A stretch of DNA of 64,000 nucleotides, taken from Yuukianura sp. NJ FZ-2021 (taxonomy: Eukaryota). The translations under genes and the position numbers were made by a program. Where the stretch lies: contig CM102289.1 of assembly GCA_046563655.1 (NCBI GenBank), positions 9,300,001 to 9,364,000 of the forward strand, in the 5' to 3' direction. Below are positions 61,071 to 64,000 of this stretch, in pieces. Each line of letters starts with the position of its first letter. Positions within the stretch are counted from its first letter, which is position 1. The notes under the pieces are model-generated. The model worked only from the letters and a program-made list of their open reading frames with translations, made no database searches and was not told where the DNA came from.

Positions 61071-63563
61071 ATGTCCACAGGATGCTTAGCTGGAAGGCAA
61101 AACAATAGCAGAAGATCATCAAATTCCAGTGGACTGAACAAAAAAAGTTATTGCATCCCGCTCATCCTACTCTTTACGTGTCTTGCTTCAGGTCAGTCAA
61201 AAAAAAGTTTGAAATCACCGTTTTTTTTTTTTGAAAATTTTTAAAATCTGTACTTTTGAAAGAGTTCCAACAATTTGGATTTCTAAGAATTTCGATTTCT
61301 CAGAATTTCTGACTAACAATAAGAAATAAGATTTCGAGAGTTTCAGATTCTTATAACTTTGCAAAAAATTTGTTTGAGTTTGAGAATTTTGCGACATTAG
61401 TAAATTCGAAGCTAATTTTTTTTAGATATTAACAAAAACAGTTTCAGATTTTTTTGTTTGATTTTTTTGAAATAGTTGCATTGCTGAGCATCCTGCTGAC
61501 GTTGTACATTTACGTCGTAGATCGAAGTCCGCAGTCGTCATTCATAGTTTTGAAAACCTGGGAAGCTTGTGGACGGAACGACACGTCCAGTGCACCGTTG
61601 CTACTCACTCCGCTGATCCAAAATGGACGAATCGCAGAAGCTCAAGAGCTGTCACGCGTGGAGGTGCTTCGCGGTGTCCAAAGCTACAGCGGCTTCTTCA
61701 CTGTCAATCAAACATTCAATGCCAACATTTTCTTTTGGTTTTTCCCAAGCGAATCCCTCAAACAAGTGGATCTGGTTAGCGTCATACTAAATCAGTCATT
61801 TTCAAAATTATGAAAAATGTTCAAAATTTTGAAAAAAGTACAAAAAGTACTTTTCGTTTTAGGATGATGATTCTGTTGAAACGAGTCCGCTGATTTTGTA
61901 CCTCCAAGGTGGTCCAGGACTGTCCAGTTTGTTTGGACTTTTCCTGGAAAACGGGCCGCTGGAACTGGACGCCAACGAGGAACTCCAGAAGCGTCCGAAT
62001 TCTTGGTCCAAGAGTAATCATTTACTATACTTTGATAGCCCCGTAGGAACAGGTATCTGAACACACAAAAGTTAAAAATTACACTCTTTGCAAAAATTTT
62101 TTTGAAAATTTTGAAATTTTAGAATTTTGAAATGTGCGTTTTTGGCTTTACCAGGTTTCAGTTTTGCGAATAGTACAGACTGTTTTGCGACGTCGCAAGT
62201 AGACGTCGTCCGTGACCTGTATGCGGCGCTGATTCAATTTTTCCAGCTTTTTCCAGTTTTTCAACGCTGCAGTTTTTATATCGCTGGAACGTCTTACAGT
62301 GGTAAGTTTCGACCAATCAAAAAAAAATACATTGCAACTACCCTATTTTCTCGCATATATTTTTGCTAAAAACATTTTTACGCAAATTTTTAACAAAAAT
62401 CGTCAGTTTTCCCCGAAAAAATTGTTTTTCATTCCAAATTTCGTACTTTCTCAGATAATTATCAGATAAATTATAAGTGCTCCAATTTTTTTTTGTTGCA
62501 AAATTTCTCAGATAAGAGTTTCAGATTTTTCGCAAATAAAAATTTCTGAGTTATTAGCGAGAAAATAGGGTATACTAACAAAATTAATGGATTAATTAGA
62601 GTTTTTTGCGTTTAGGCAAGACAGTCCCTATGATAGGATACAAAATTCACCAAGAGAATTCTGGCCCGATTGGTCCAAAAATTAGAATGAACCTTAAGGG
62701 CCTCATAATTGGAAGTGGGTACTTTGATGGCAAAATCCAAGACGAGTATTCAGATTTTTACTACCAGTTAGGACTCCTGGACAAAACACAAAAAGAGACA
62801 TATCGAGAAGTGGAGCTCAAGATGAAGTCATACCTGGACCAGGAAGAGTTTGCTAAAGCAAGAGAGGTTGGACATTTTGAAAAAAAAAGTTTCAAAATTT
62901 TGACCTTTTTTCAAAATTTTCAGGAGTTGACTAAACTGGTTCTAGTCAAATTCATGAACTACACTGGTTTTGATGACATTTTCATGTACAATGCTCTCCA
63001 TCCCCACACGCCCCCTTCAGTTCTAAATTTTGAGAGTTTTTTAAACACGACGTGCATGAAATCGCTGTTGCACGCGGGGTCAAGGTCATTTGACCTCCTC
63101 AGTGTTGGAGTCTACTCCAAGTTTTCTGAATCCGATTTCTACTTTTCTCCGAAAACCGAAATCGAAAAACTCCTAGACGCCAATTACAGAATCCTCATCT
63201 ACTCTGCCCAGTTTGACTTGATTGTAACGCATACTGGACAAAGTAAATTTTTAGAAACTTTGTCTTGGCATGGAACTAAAAACTTCCTGGAAGCTCCTCG
63301 AAAACACTGGAAAGTGAACCATACTCTGGCGGGGTACACAAAGGAATATGACAATCTCATCTCCATTCTCATCAGGAACGCAGGTAGACATAAATATTTG
63401 AAAAATTTAAAATTTCCAAAATCAAAATCTTAAAAAAAGTTCAACATCTCAAAATTTTCTAATTACTAATAATTGAAAATGTCCAGGACATACAGCGTGT
63501 TCTGACCAGCCTGTTTGGTGCGAAGACATGGTCGAAACATTCACAAAACGCCATGGCCGTTAG
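61071..63563 (+). CDS. Serine carboxypeptidase S10 (CPVL/venom/vitellogenic carboxypeptidase-like), multi-exon
   Basis: LLLTPLI, SYSGFFTVN, FFWFFPS, LYLQGGPG, DSPVG..GFSF, nucleophile GTSYSGK, Asp in QFDLIV, and His in NAGHTA..DQP. Confidence 0.92.
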
Positions 63564-64000
63564 CCTTTGGTGGTGAAAAGTTGATTTATTCTTTATTTTT
63601 TTTATACAAGGAAATTAAGCATACTTCTTAATTTATGGCCGAATTAGTTTATCAATGGATTGAATTCATGAATTCATAAGGTTGCCTGACAGGTATGGAA
63701 ATCCATGTTCATGACACAAACTCTCAGTCTATTTCGATTTGTAGATCTAAAATACAAAAATAAATAAGATAAATATAAAAATATATAATTTCATTGTCGA
63801 ATTAAAAGTGTATTTAGTACTGCATTTAAATGCATATAAGTTTAAAATTGAACCTTCAAGTTTGGATTGGATTAACTCCAGTTGATAAAGGTCGTCGCAG
63901 GCAATTTCCCACTCCTTGTGCAAGTTTTCTAAAATTCTCTCTTTTCTGTACTGAAGAAACTCGTTGTTTGCTTCTAGTTTTTTCGTTTTGGCGAAAGTTT

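Overview
Gene-dense, AT-rich eukaryotic DNA with short (mostly about 55-140 bp) GT-AG introns. The gene content (a divergent ionotropic receptor, arthropod-type mitochondrial EF-Tu2, GMC oxidoreductase, NRF-6-like acyltransferase) points to an arthropod. A springtail-like hexapod is plausible, but that is inference only. About 23 protein-coding genes can be reconstructed, in order: Rabenosyn-5, a divergent IR, two tandem pyrroline-5-carboxylate reductases, KDSR, an NRF-6-like acyltransferase, an SLC26 transporter, a GEX1/KAR5/Brambleberry-like Cys-rich protein, an 875-aa orphan, mEF-Tu2, TMEM138-like, CHMP2A-like, maspardin, AAGAB, NSA2, RpS25, a GMC oxidoreductase, XPO1, a short Hop/STI1, gamma-COP, shootin-1-like and an S10 serine carboxypeptidase. 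There are also several small non-autonomous transposons (MITEs, a foldback element, a mini-Helitron, DINE-1/HINE-like pieces). The most notable observations are: (1) a duplicated P5CR carrying an in-frame BED zinc finger and altered cofactor motifs; (2) a short GEX1-like nuclear-fusion-domain protein with no C-terminal TM segments; (3) a 320-aa Hop lacking TPR1-DP1, like the nematode form; (4) an RFX X-box in the TMEM138/CHMP2 bidirectional promoter. Gene spans were spliced by eye, and all family assignments come from recalled motifs, not database searches.
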